NCBI GenBank assembly: GCA_964350645.1
Contig: CAYGJY010000001.1
Span: 78,316-142,315, forward strand
Origin: an uncultured Candidatus Saccharibacteria bacterium
GTDB lineage: Bacteria; Patescibacteriota; Minisyncoccia; Phycocordibacterales; UBA918
Direction: 5' to 3'
DNA: 64,000 nt
Part shown: piece by piece, positions 18,662-27,212 of the stretch
How the letters are laid out: every line of letters starts with the position of its first letter
Position numbering within the stretch: position 1 is the first letter of the stretch
Translations under genes and position numbers: made by a program
The notes under the pieces: generated by a model
The model's input: only the letters and a program-made list of their open reading frames with translations
Told to the model about the DNA's origin: nothing
The model's database searches: none

Positions 18662-19648
18662 ATGAAATTAGCACAACATTTACAACCAGATATATTTTCT
18701 ACTACTGTTCCAAAGGAGGCTAATCGCGTTGGGTACGGCGAAGGCTTACTTGCAGCTGGCGAAACTAACGATAAGATCGTGGCACTCTGTGCTGACCTAA
18801 CTGAGTCGACCAAAACTCACCTTTTTGCTAATCAATTTCCAGAACGGTTTGTGCAGATTGGTATTGGTGAACAAAATATGGCGTCAGTCGCTGCAGGTAT
18901 GGCAGCAATGGGCAAGGTTCCTTTTATTGCTTCGTACGCCATGTTTTCTCCGGGTCGGAGCTGGGAACAGGTACGCACAACGATTGCGTATAATGATTCT
19001 AACGTGAAGATTGTTGGAGCTCATGCCGGTGTGTCGGTTGGGCCTGACGGCGCTACCCATCAAGCAATCGAAGATATGGCTATTATGCGCGTCATTCCAA
19101 ATATGATCGTGATCGCGCCCTGTGATGTGCATGAAGCTAGACGAGCAGTTGTCTGGGCAGCTGAGCATCAGGGGCCGGTGTATATTCGTGTTGCGCGTGA
19201 AGCGACACCGGTTATGACAACCGAGGACTCACCGTTCTCTTTTGGTCAGGCAGAGGTGTATCTCGAACCTGAAGATGCGGACACTAAGCGAGTTGCTATC
19301 ATTGGTTGCGGGCCATTGTTGTATGAAGCGATGTTAGCGGGTAAACAACTCAATGAGTCTGGTGTGGGGACAACAGTAGTAAATATGCCCACCGTCAAAC
19401 CGCTCGATACCACTATACTGGCTGAGCTAGCGGCTACATATGAACTGGTTGTAACAGTAGAAGAGCACCAACGAATCGGTGGACTTGGTAGTGCGGTGGC
19501 TGAATATTATGCTGATACTACGCCAAAGAAAATGCTTCGCGTGGGCGTTGACGATTCCTTTGGGGAGTCTGGTACTATCACGGAGTTGTACGAACGCTTT
19601 GGATTAGATGCCGCGAGTATCGTGCGTAAGATCCATGAAGTTTTATAG
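18662..19648 (+). CDS. tkt: Transketolase, C-terminal (pyrimidine-binding) subunit
   Basis: 328 aa directly following the N-terminal subunit; Pyr-binding and C-terminal domains. Confidence 0.9.
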   Translation: MKLAQHLQPDIFSTTVPKEANRVGYGEGLLAAGETNDKIVALCADLTESTKTHLFANQFPERFVQIGIGEQNMASVAAGMAAMGKVPFIASYAMFSPGRSWEQVRTTIAYNDSNVKIVGAHAGVSVGPDGATHQAIEDMAIMRVIPNMIVIAPCDVHEARRAVVWAAEHQGPVYIRVAREATPVMTTEDSPFSFGQAEVYLEPEDADTKRVAIIGCGPLLYEAMLAGKQLNESGVGTTVVNMPTVKPLDTTILAELAATYELVVTVEEHQRIGGLGSAVAEYYADTTPKKMLRVGVDDSFGESGTITELYERFGLDAASIVRKIHEVL

Positions 19649-20264
19649 CAATCAACAATCTGGTTTTACGCTACTTGAACTTTTGGTGGTAATAGCGATC
19701 ATTGGTATTTTAGCGTCTGGAGTAGCGGCGATAACAGGACCGGGTCGTGATAAAGCAACCAACACTTCTATTATTAAGCAAATGAAAGAATACCAACGGG
19801 TGCTCGACTTGCATTTGGCTAGTCCTTTCAATCGGGCTCCAAATAATTGGCTTGGATTAGCGAGTAATAATAATTTTTGCCGAGTGGCCTGTTTTGGAGA
19901 TGGTTTAGTGAATGGTGGGCCAGATTGTTTGGGTAATATTTCTCAGGGTGGTTCTCATCAAGTGACCTATTCTGATGAGGTTGAGGCTGTACTTCGTGAA
20001 GCGATGTCATCGTTACCACGTCATGAATTTGAGCCATATTCGGGACCAGCTTATAGTGCCTGTGTGTCACCTCTGGGATCTGGTTTCCAAAATAATAGTG
20101 ACGCAGGCAATATTGATCCAAGCGAACCTGGATATTTACAGCGACATTATAGCTTGTGGTATTTGTTGAAAGGTACTGGTCAGGATTGCGTATGGGGAGT
20201 TGTTGTTGAGTCAGACTTTGGTAACGCCGGTGTCGCAACATTGTGTAGATATAATGCACGGTAG
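19635..20264 (+). CDS. Type IV pilin-like protein (prepilin-type N-terminal cleavage/methylation domain)
   Basis: 'MKFYSNQQSG|FTLLELLVVIAIIGILA' class III signal. The ATG at 19635 overlaps the tkt stop by 14 nt. The track's upstream start (19608) lies inside tkt. Confidence 0.85.
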   Translation: MKFYSNQQSGFTLLELLVVIAIIGILASGVAAITGPGRDKATNTSIIKQMKEYQRVLDLHLASPFNRAPNNWLGLASNNNFCRVACFGDGLVNGGPDCLGNISQGGSHQVTYSDEVEAVLREAMSSLPRHEFEPYSGPAYSACVSPLGSGFQNNSDAGNIDPSEPGYLQRHYSLWYLLKGTGQDCVWGVVVESDFGNAGVATLCRYNAR

Positions 20265-20269
20265 AAACT

Positions 20270-20301
20270 AAAAAGCCGCTGCCCTAGGGCAGCGGCTTTT
20301 T
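20270..20301. terminator. Bidirectional intrinsic terminator between the pilin (+) and the PfkB kinase (-)
   Basis: aaaaagccgctgccc-ta-gggcagcggcttttt, a perfect palindrome flanked by A- and T-runs. Confidence 0.8.
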
Positions 20302-20317
20302 AGTTTCGTAAGCTGAT

Positions 20318-21322
20318 TTACACTTGCTTAGCTTTGTAGTCTTCTGGAGCGTTCGCTAGAAATTCTTTAAGTTGGTCCATAGTCAGGAGTCCTTTTTGGG
20401 CTCCGATATGCTGTACCACTGACATTGAATTAATTGGTCCCCATGATAAAGCTTCTGCTGGAGTCATGCCAAGCGCGATTGCAGCCGTGAAGGTAGATGA
20501 GAAAGAATCACCAGCTCCAGTGCGGTCAACTGGTGGAGCTGGATCTGGGTACATTGGCATGTGCCAGCCTTGATCGTCTTCGTCGACAACATAGGCGCCG
20601 TTCGGTCCGTCAGTGATCACTGGCATTTTTGGTCCAAGCTGTTTGAAGGCGCGGATCAGTGTTGGGACATCCTGCTCGTCACTACCGAGAATTTCCTGGG
20701 CCTCTTCTTTGTTGCAGAAAAATATTTCGGTCACTTCATAAATTTCCTTAAGTTTTTCGGGACCAAGTTTGATTTGGAAGGTGCCAGGTTGGAAGACTAG
20801 TTTTGTTTCTGGATTAGCCTTGATGTATTTAGCAAGTTCAAAGTGAAAATCTACTCCGTGCTCGCCAATCGATGAGAAATAAATAAATCGAGGAGCAACC
20901 GCAAAATCTGGGATAATGTAGGGGTACTTTTCGTGATTAATCAGGATGGTCCGTTCTGGTCCGTAGCGCAGTACGAAGTGATAATTTGTCCCTTTGTCTT
21001 CGTGGACCTTTACATAATCAGTGTGTACACCTTCTTGGCGTAGAGCGTTAAGACAATCTTTACCACGGCTATCATTGCCGACATTGGTGACTAGGGCAGT
21101 GTTAAGTCCGAGGCGGTGAGCTGAGACTGCAGCGTTTGGTGAATTACCAACTGCGTCAACTACGACGACATCGTTATAGGGTAGTTTACTTCCAAAAGGC
21201 ATGTGTAGGGTTTTTCGTCCCGTATCCATGTCTTCGGAGACATCGGCTTGGTCAATATTTAATTCAATAAAGGCATCTACTACTATGTCGCCAAAGGCGA
21301 CGAAATCATATTGTTCTGACAT
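20318..21322 (-). CDS. PfkB-family carbohydrate kinase (ribokinase-like)
   Basis: 'DTGAGDSFSSTFTAAIALG' PfkB signature; N-terminal 'DFVAFGDIVVD'. Confidence 0.85.
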   Translation of the reverse strand: MSEQYDFVAFGDIVVDAFIELNIDQADVSEDMDTGRKTLHMPFGSKLPYNDVVVVDAVGNSPNAAVSAHRLGLNTALVTNVGNDSRGKDCLNALRQEGVHTDYVKVHEDKGTNYHFVLRYGPERTILINHEKYPYIIPDFAVAPRFIYFSSIGEHGVDFHFELAKYIKANPETKLVFQPGTFQIKLGPEKLKEIYEVTEIFFCNKEEAQEILGSDEQDVPTLIRAFKQLGPKMPVITDGPNGAYVVDEDDQGWHMPMYPDPAPPVDRTGAGDSFSSTFTAAIALGMTPAEALSWGPINSMSVVQHIGAQKGLLTMDQLKEFLANAPEDYKAKQV

Positions 21323-21420
21323 GATTAGAGTATACCGTACTCTTTATTTTAAAATCAGAACATATGTACATTGAGATTTTAGATATATGTGGTATCGTAA
21401 CGCCCATAATTTAAAATAAT

Positions 21421-22059
21421 ATGACAGTAACTTTAGACGTCGCCAAACGAGACAGTGGCGCAAAATCAGACCCAGATACACTACCAGCCGTAGTGTACGG
21501 ACCAAAACAAGAATCCATCGCTATCGCTATTAATGCCCGTTTACTACAAAAGGCAGTTAGCGAGGCTGGAGAATCAACTATCATCACCCTGACGGGCCTT
21601 GGTGAAGAGATTGAGGTATTGATTCACGATGTGTCTTTTAATCCTGAACGAGGAGGGATTGAGCACGTTGATTTCTATGCGATTGAACGCGGTAAAGAAC
21701 TAACTACTAATGTAGCCCTTGAATTTATTGGTGAAGCACCAGCAGAAAAAACTGGCGCAACCGTTAATAAGGTGTTGCATGATGTTGAAGTCACCTGTAA
21801 GCCAAGTGCACTTCCGTCACATATTGATGTAGATATTAGTGTGCTGGTAGATGATCATTCACAAATTCGGATCGAAGACTTGAAGATCCCTGAAGGTGTC
21901 ACAGTGACTAATGATCCAGAAGATGTGGTGGTAAGTATCTCTGCGGCACGAGAAGAAGAGCCAGACGAGACGACAGAAGCAGTTGATATGGATGCAATCG
22001 AAGTTGAGGCTAAAGGTAAGGCGGAAGAAGAGCAGGCAGCTGAACCAGAAAAAGAGTAG
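21421..22059 (+). CDS. rplY: 50S ribosomal protein L25/general stress protein Ctc
   Basis: 'LPAVVYGP' L25 motif; acidic C-terminal tail. Confidence 0.85.
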   Translation: MTVTLDVAKRDSGAKSDPDTLPAVVYGPKQESIAIAINARLLQKAVSEAGESTIITLTGLGEEIEVLIHDVSFNPERGGIEHVDFYAIERGKELTTNVALEFIGEAPAEKTGATVNKVLHDVEVTCKPSALPSHIDVDISVLVDDHSQIRIEDLKIPEGVTVTNDPEDVVVSISAAREEEPDETTEAVDMDAIEVEAKGKAEEEQAAEPEKE

Positions 22060-22066
22060 CCACTAT

Positions 22067-22099
22067 AAAAAAGCCAGGGTATACCACTGGCTTTTTTAG
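22067..22099 (+). terminator. Intrinsic terminator after rplY
   Basis: aaaaaagccagggtataccactggctttttt. Confidence 0.7.
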
Positions 22100-22130
22100 T
22101 ATCCAAAAGAAATCCTGACACTCCCGGCAA

Positions 22131-23522
22131 ATGAAGGTATACTATAGCCCTGTGCGATATATTCTTGCAGTTTTGTGTGTCGTATTAGTTGGTTCGGCGG
22201 TTATGCCGTTTGTTTCTTCGGGCCAAGAAAGTGATGCAGAGCGCCGCAAACGAATTGAGACCGAACTCCAAGCTATTGAGCGTCAAATCCTCCAGCAGGA
22301 AGTATTGGTTGAAGATAAACAGCTCGAGCGCCAATCACTCGAACGTGACTTAGATATTATTGATGCCGAAGTAAAAAAAGCCCAGTTGGGTATTCAGGCC
22401 CGGGCGGTAGCGATCAATCAACTGACAGACCAGATCGGTGATAAAGAGATTGTGCTTGACATTTTAACTGACCGTCTCTCGACCCAACGCACGTCACTAG
22501 CTGAGTTGATCCGGCAGACGCAGTCAGTTGATGATTTTTCTTTGGTAGAAGTATTACTCAGTAATCAGAATTTCTCTGATTTCTTTGTTGATTTTGAAAG
22601 CTTTCGGGCTGTTAATGAATCACTTAAAAATTCTTTAGTCGCGCTTGAAGAAATCAAATCTGATACAGAGTTGCAAAAAAATTCTCTAGAAGAAAAAAAG
22701 TTGACTGAAGCAGAAATGAAGCGGATACAAGAGTTGCAAAAGCAAGAAATCGAAAGGAAAGAACGTGAGAAAGAACAGATCCTCACAGTCACCAAGGGCG
22801 AGGAAGAGCAGTATCAGGAACTCCTTGACTCGCAACGAAAGACAGCAGCGCAATTGCGTAATGCGTTGTTTGAGCTTCTTGGTGGTGGGGGAGGTATTCC
22901 GTTCCCTGAGGCTGTCCGATTATCACAATATGCTTCTGGTGTGACTGGCGTAGATGCCTCCTTGATTTTGGCGATTCTTGAACAAGAAACTAATCTCGGT
23001 TCAAACTTAGGCAGCTGCTTGTTCACTGATAACCGAAGCAGCCGACCAGTTATGCATCCAGATCGAGATGAGCCAGTCTTTTTAGCAATTGCAAATACTC
23101 TGGGTTTTGATCCCTATAGCAGAACGGTCTCGTGTCCAATTATCCAAAATGGCAGTCGTGTGGGGTGGGGTGGAGCGATGGGTCCATCACAGTTCATTCC
23201 TTCAACGTGGGCAATTTATGGCGGAATTGTGAACCGCGGTAATGGTTGGGAGTATGATCAATCTGCTGATGCAATCAGGCAAATTAACGGTAACCCTGGG
23301 CCGTCAAGTCCGTTTAATAATCAGGATGCTTTTATTGCGACGGCATTACTACTCCGAGATAACGGAGCTAATGGCACATACGCTGGTGATCGATTAGCTG
23401 CACTCCGCTATTATGCTGGTTGGGGTGGGGCCACTAACCCGGCAAACTTTTTCTATGGCGACAGTGTGATGAATCGTAAGTCCCGACTTGCCAACGAAAT
23501 CGTTATCTTGGGCGGCGGGTAG
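22131..23522 (+). CDS. Membrane-anchored coiled-coil protein with C-terminal MltB/SLT_2-like lytic transglycosylase-like domain
   Basis: N-terminal TM segment, about 250 aa of coiled coil (E/K/Q-rich heptads), then 'GAMGPSQFIPSTW', which matches the MltB-family 'GAMGPxQFMPSTW' motif. Confidence 0.65.
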   Translation: MKVYYSPVRYILAVLCVVLVGSAVMPFVSSGQESDAERRKRIETELQAIERQILQQEVLVEDKQLERQSLERDLDIIDAEVKKAQLGIQARAVAINQLTDQIGDKEIVLDILTDRLSTQRTSLAELIRQTQSVDDFSLVEVLLSNQNFSDFFVDFESFRAVNESLKNSLVALEEIKSDTELQKNSLEEKKLTEAEMKRIQELQKQEIERKEREKEQILTVTKGEEEQYQELLDSQRKTAAQLRNALFELLGGGGGIPFPEAVRLSQYASGVTGVDASLILAILEQETNLGSNLGSCLFTDNRSSRPVMHPDRDEPVFLAIANTLGFDPYSRTVSCPIIQNGSRVGWGGAMGPSQFIPSTWAIYGGIVNRGNGWEYDQSADAIRQINGNPGPSSPFNNQDAFIATALLLRDNGANGTYAGDRLAALRYYAGWGGATNPANFFYGDSVMNRKSRLANEIVILGGG

Positions 23523-23608
23523 CCTATTGAACTAATTGTACTTTCTGGTATAGTTCTCCGCACTTATTGATAAGATCGCGTATAACAGTCGTGATCGCCA
23601 AATATTTT

Positions 23609-23872
23609 ATGAAAACAGATATTCACCCAAATAATCATCGTCTTGTTATTTTCCAAGACAATACTAATGGAGAGCGGTTTTTGGTTGCTTCGACAATTAA
23701 GACTGATAAGACAGACAAGTGGACTGACGGTACTGAATACCCGATTGCGTTTGTTGATGTATCAAGTGCTTCACACCCGTTTTATACTGGACAAGAGAAG
23801 GTAATGGATGCGGCTGGACGAGTTGAGAAGTTTAAGGCTCGACAAAAGAAAGCTGGTACAAAAAAGGCGTAG
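23609..23872 (+). CDS. rpmE: 50S ribosomal protein L31 (type B, no Cys ligands)
   Basis: 'MKTDIHPNNH..HPFYTGQEKVMDAAGRVEKFKAR'. The start was placed at the internal ATG (M15 of the track ORF). Confidence 0.85.
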   Translation: MKTDIHPNNHRLVIFQDNTNGERFLVASTIKTDKTDKWTDGTEYPIAFVDVSSASHPFYTGQEKVMDAAGRVEKFKARQKKAGTKKA

Positions 23873-23876
23873 CGAC

Positions 23877-23911
23877 AAAAGCCGCTCTTTTGTGAAAAAG
23901 AGCGGCTTTTT
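23877..23911 (+). terminator. Intrinsic terminator after rpmE
   Basis: aaaagccgctctttt-gtga-aaaagagcggctttt plus T. Confidence 0.8.
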
Positions 23912-23968
23912 GTGTGGCAGGGCAGCTATCTTCAGCTATTCAAAAAAAGGTATACTAAAGCAAATTAT

Positions 23969-24958
23969 ATGGATCATTCACCAGAAAAATTACAGTCATT
24001 TCGTGAAAATCAAAAAACGCAGTTTTTGATGACGCAATATGACGCAGTATCAGAAAAAATTGCTGAAGCCACAGCTTTGGCTGAGAATGATCCCGCTATG
24101 GCCGACTTAGCAGCAGAAGAATTAACTGAACTCCAGCAGCAACTTGATACCCAATTCACTGAGATGGACACCATTATTGAATCCTCTAAAGAAGAGGAGG
24201 AGCGGCCATACGGTGTTGTACTCGAAGTACGGGCTGGTGCCGGTGGTGACGAAGCATCGTTGTTTGCCTATCAATTGGCTGAGATGTATCAACGTTACGC
24301 AGAAACTAAAGGGTGGCAAGTGCGTAAAGAGTCTGAGTCGCAGTCATCACAAGGTGGGTATAAAGAGGCGAGCTTTGAGATTTTGGGTGGTCGCGTGTAC
24401 GATGCGCTTCGCTATGAGACCGGTGTTCATCGAGTCCAGCGTGTTCCGGTGACTGAGAAGGCTGGTCGTATCCATACATCGACTGCGTCAGTGGCTGTGT
24501 TACCGCTTCGTAAGAAGCCAAAAGTGGAAATTAATCAGGGGGACATTGATATGGAGTTTTCGCGCTCAGGAGGGGCTGGAGGACAGAACGTCAACAAGGT
24601 TGAGACTGCAGTGCGGCTGGTACATCGTCCAACAGGGATTGATGTACGGTGTGAGTCTGGTCGTTCACAACAGAAGAATCGCGAGCAAGCGATGACTATG
24701 TTGCTGGCAAAGCTCGAAATGATGCACGAAGAGGAGGAAGCTAAAAAACACGCCGAAACCCGAAAAAATCAGATTGGGACCGGCGATCGATCAGAAAAAA
24801 TCCGAACGTATAATTTCCCGCAAAATCGCATCACCGATCACCGTATTAAAGAGTCATGGCATACGATAGAGCAAACCCTTGGAGGGGCTCTTGATCCAAT
24901 TGTTGAGGCATTGCAGGCGGTTGCAGCCGGTGATGGAGAAGAATCTATTGCAGAATAA
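23969..24958 (+). CDS. prfA: Peptide chain release factor 1
   Basis: GGQ motif '[18 protein letters not shown]'; 'PVT' tripeptide. Start placed at 'MDHSPEK', preceded by a TATACT -10 element. Confidence 0.9.
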   Translation: MDHSPEKLQSFRENQKTQFLMTQYDAVSEKIAEATALAENDPAMADLAAEELTELQQQLDTQFTEMDTIIESSKEEEERPYGVVLEVRAGAGGDEASLFAYQLAEMYQRYAETKGWQVRKESESQSSQGGYKEASFEILGGRVYDALRYETGVHRVQRVPVTEKAGRIHTSTASVAVLPLRKKPKVEINQGDIDMEFSRSGGAGGQNVNKVETAVRLVHRPTGIDVRCESGRSQQKNREQAMTMLLAKLEMMHEEEEAKKHAETRKNQIGTGDRSEKIRTYNFPQNRITDHRIKESWHTIEQTLGGALDPIVEALQAVAAGDGEESIAE

Positions 24959-25009
24959 TCTTGCCTGTGGTAGCATCATCCCACTTTGCGCAGTAGCGCT
25001 TTTTTAAAT

Positions 25010-25783
25010 ATGGAATTACAAACACAAAACAAAACACTCATCGAACGTCTCTTCACAGCCGGGTCGCATTTTGGTTTCTCAAAAAGCCGACGCCACCCAA
25101 CAGTAAAGCCGTATCTATTTGGTAACAAACAAGGTACTGACATCTTCGATCTAGAAAAAACTGCTACCTTAGTTGAAGAGGCTAAGGCAGCTCTGATGGC
25201 TGCCGGGAAAGAAGGGAAAACAGTATTATTCGTTGCTACTAAAGATGAAATTTCTAAAATTGTTACTAAAGGAGCAGAAAAGGCAGAGATGCCCTATGTC
25301 ACTAACCGTTGGATTGGGGGTATGCTCACAAACTTTAGTGAGATTAAGAAGCGTCTCGCACGTCTAGATTCATTAACAAAAGAAGGTGAGTCAGGTGAAC
25401 TAGAACGAAAATACACTAAAAAAGAGCGAGTTGTTATTGGACGTGAACTTGCAAAGCTAACGCACAACTTTGGTGGCATCAGAACTATTGAGCGTCCACC
25501 TCAAATGATGGTAATTGTTGATCCTCGACATGATTCAATTGCTGTAACAGAAGCACAAGAGTTGAATATTCCAGTTGTTGGTATTATGAGCTCTGATTCG
25601 GATTTGTCACAAGTGACTTATCCAGTTGTGGTTAATGATTCACTACAATCAAGCGTTACTTTGGTTCTCGGAGAATTGGTAGATGCGCTTATCGCTGGTA
25701 AAGCTGAGTATGTGCCAAAGGCACCAGCAGCCAATCGTGTTCGTCGACCAGATGGAGCTCGTACTCCAGCTCCACGCCGCTAA
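25010..25783 (+). CDS. rpsB: 30S ribosomal protein S2
   Basis: 'AGSHFGFSKSRRHP..YLFGNKQGTDIFDL'; start at the ATG 25010 (the track start is a TTG). Confidence 0.9.
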   Translation: MELQTQNKTLIERLFTAGSHFGFSKSRRHPTVKPYLFGNKQGTDIFDLEKTATLVEEAKAALMAAGKEGKTVLFVATKDEISKIVTKGAEKAEMPYVTNRWIGGMLTNFSEIKKRLARLDSLTKEGESGELERKYTKKERVVIGRELAKLTHNFGGIRTIERPPQMMVIVDPRHDSIAVTEAQELNIPVVGIMSSDSDLSQVTYPVVVNDSLQSSVTLVLGELVDALIAGKAEYVPKAPAANRVRRPDGARTPAPRR

Positions 25784-25831
25784 GCAGATATGTAACGGTG
25801 TAGTGCCGTTTATTAGTTCTAATAAAAATCT

Positions 25832-26416
25832 ATGGAAATTTCATCAGCTGATATTAAACAATTACGAGACCAGACTGGTATTTCGGTCATGCAGTGTAAA
25901 AAAGCTTTGGAAGAAGCTGGCGGTGATATGGAAAAGGCGCTTATCATCTTGAAAAAGAAGCGCAGTGAAGCGGCTGACAAAAAATCAGATCGTGAACTTG
26001 GCGCTGGTGTAATCGGTGCGTATATCCATAATACTAACGAAGTAGCGGCACTCGTTAATCTTTCATGTGAGACAGATTTTGTTGCCAAGAATGAGGAATT
26101 TGTAGCCTTAGCGCGTGATATAGCAATGCATGTTGCCGCACAAAATCCAAAGTACATTTCACGCAGTGAAGTGTCTGACGAGGCAATTACTAAAGCAAAA
26201 GAAGTATTTGCTGGGGAGATCAAGGATAAGCCGGCTGAAATGCAAGAGAAAATCCTCGAAGGTAAGCTGAGTTCGTATTTTAAAGAACAAATTCTTGCTG
26301 AACAAGATTTCATTAAAAATCCTGAAACGACAATTGGTGAGATGATTACTGGAGCGGTACAGAAGTTTGGTGAAAATATTTCAATTGTTACCATCAGTCG
26401 TTTGTCTATTAAATAA
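25832..26416 (+). CDS. tsf: Elongation factor Ts (short form)
   Basis: 'IKQLRDQTGISVMQCKKALEEAGGDMEKA' UBA-like N-terminus; 194 aa. Confidence 0.9.
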   Translation: MEISSADIKQLRDQTGISVMQCKKALEEAGGDMEKALIILKKKRSEAADKKSDRELGAGVIGAYIHNTNEVAALVNLSCETDFVAKNEEFVALARDIAMHVAAQNPKYISRSEVSDEAITKAKEVFAGEIKDKPAEMQEKILEGKLSSYFKEQILAEQDFIKNPETTIGEMITGAVQKFGENISIVTISRLSIK

Positions 26417-26418
26417 CT

Positions 26419-26832
26419 ATGCTAAGTGGGTTGCTGGTCAGTGTAACCTCGGGATTAGTGCTTTGTGTACTAACTATACTATTTCGAGTCGAAGAGGCTC
26501 GGGGGAGCCGGCTGTTATTGAGTGGGTTGCGCACGCAATTGGATCGGCTAGTTCTAACTGTCGAATTACTCTGCATGCGTGTCACACACTTTGTTAATGC
26601 TCGGGTAATTCGGGTGACATTCCACTATATTGTACACTCGGTCTTAGGTTACTTGATCGCTCTTTTACATCGTGTGCAAGGTCGTCTGGCTCGTCTGCAA
26701 GTAAAAAATCGCTATTTGGTGAAGGCAGTGAAGAAGACTCATAGTGTTGAGTCACATTTAGAAAAGTTAGCGTCTTTTAAAGAAGAGACTGCTCTGTCGG
26801 AGAAAGAGAAACGAAAACGTCGAGAACACTAG
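26419..26832 (+). CDS. Hypothetical small membrane protein
   Basis: 137-aa ORF starting 3 nt after tsf. It has an N-terminal hydrophobic segment and a K/R/E-rich tail. There is no family match, and the DNA is palindrome-rich, so an ncRNA alternative is not excluded. Confidence 0.35.
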   Translation: MLSGLLVSVTSGLVLCVLTILFRVEEARGSRLLLSGLRTQLDRLVLTVELLCMRVTHFVNARVIRVTFHYIVHSVLGYLIALLHRVQGRLARLQVKNRYLVKAVKKTHSVESHLEKLASFKEETALSEKEKRKRREH

Positions 26833-26876
26833 AAACCAAAAGCCCTGAGTAAGTAATACCCAGGGCTTTTGGTTTC
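26832..26876 (+). terminator. Intrinsic terminator (16-bp stem)
   Basis: gaaaccaaaagccctg ..13-nt loop.. cagggcttttggtttc. Confidence 0.8.
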
Positions 26877-26880
26877 TCGT

Positions 26881-26919
26881 GAGCCACCTGTCAGACTTGA
26901 ACTGACGACCTGCGGTTTA
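26881..26919 (-). repeat. Exact 39-bp duplicate of the 3' portion (anticodon-loop position 36 to 3' end plus 1 nt) of the adjacent tRNA-Thr; not an intact tRNA
   Basis: Identical to 26992..27030. It lacks the 5' half (no GCCACCT acceptor strand). A 24-nt palindromic hairpin (cgtcaacgtcagttgacg) follows it. Confidence 0.8.
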
Positions 26920-26992
26920 TCGTCAACGTCAGTTGACGCCTCACAAAACCTAAAACAATCCGTAGATTGTTATGAGTAGATATGTATATCTG

Positions 26993-27065
26993 AGCCACCT
27001 GTCAGACTTGAACTGACGACCTGCGGTTTACAAAACCGATGCTCTACCAACTGAGCTAAGGTGGC
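26993..27065 (-). tRNA. tRNA-Thr (anticodon UGU)
   Basis: The reverse complement folds manually as a cloverleaf. Acceptor GCCACCT/AGGTGGC; D-arm GCTC-AGTTGGTA-GAGC; anticodon loop TTTGTAA; T-arm GTCAG-TTCAAGT-CTGAC; discriminator T. CCA is not encoded. Confidence 0.85.
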
Positions 27066-27212
27066 GATCCTGTTTAGGAAAGTCGCAGCATTATGAACAA
27101 AAATGGCCAAAAAAGCAACTTATTTTAAAGGAGAACCACTGAGGGGTAGCAATAGATCTCAGGCAGCCTGTGAGGCTATGAAAATCTGTTTCCAAAGGGT
27201 ATACTCACGTTT

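Noticed and set aside
19608-19634. Upstream start (19608) for the pilin gene given by the ORF track
   Set aside because: It would place 9 extra residues before the class III signal and lie further inside tkt. The ATG at 19635 gives the canonical short leader peptide before G|FTLLE.
25819-26394. 191-aa minus-strand ORF overlapping tsf
   Set aside because: Antisense to a strongly supported EF-Ts; Ser/Ile-rich and low-complexity.
26881-26957. Second tRNA gene adjacent to tRNA-Thr
   Set aside because: Only the 3' 38 nt (plus 1 nt flank) of the tRNA are duplicated. No complementary 5' acceptor strand or D-arm is present, so it is a fragment or att-like repeat, not a tRNA.
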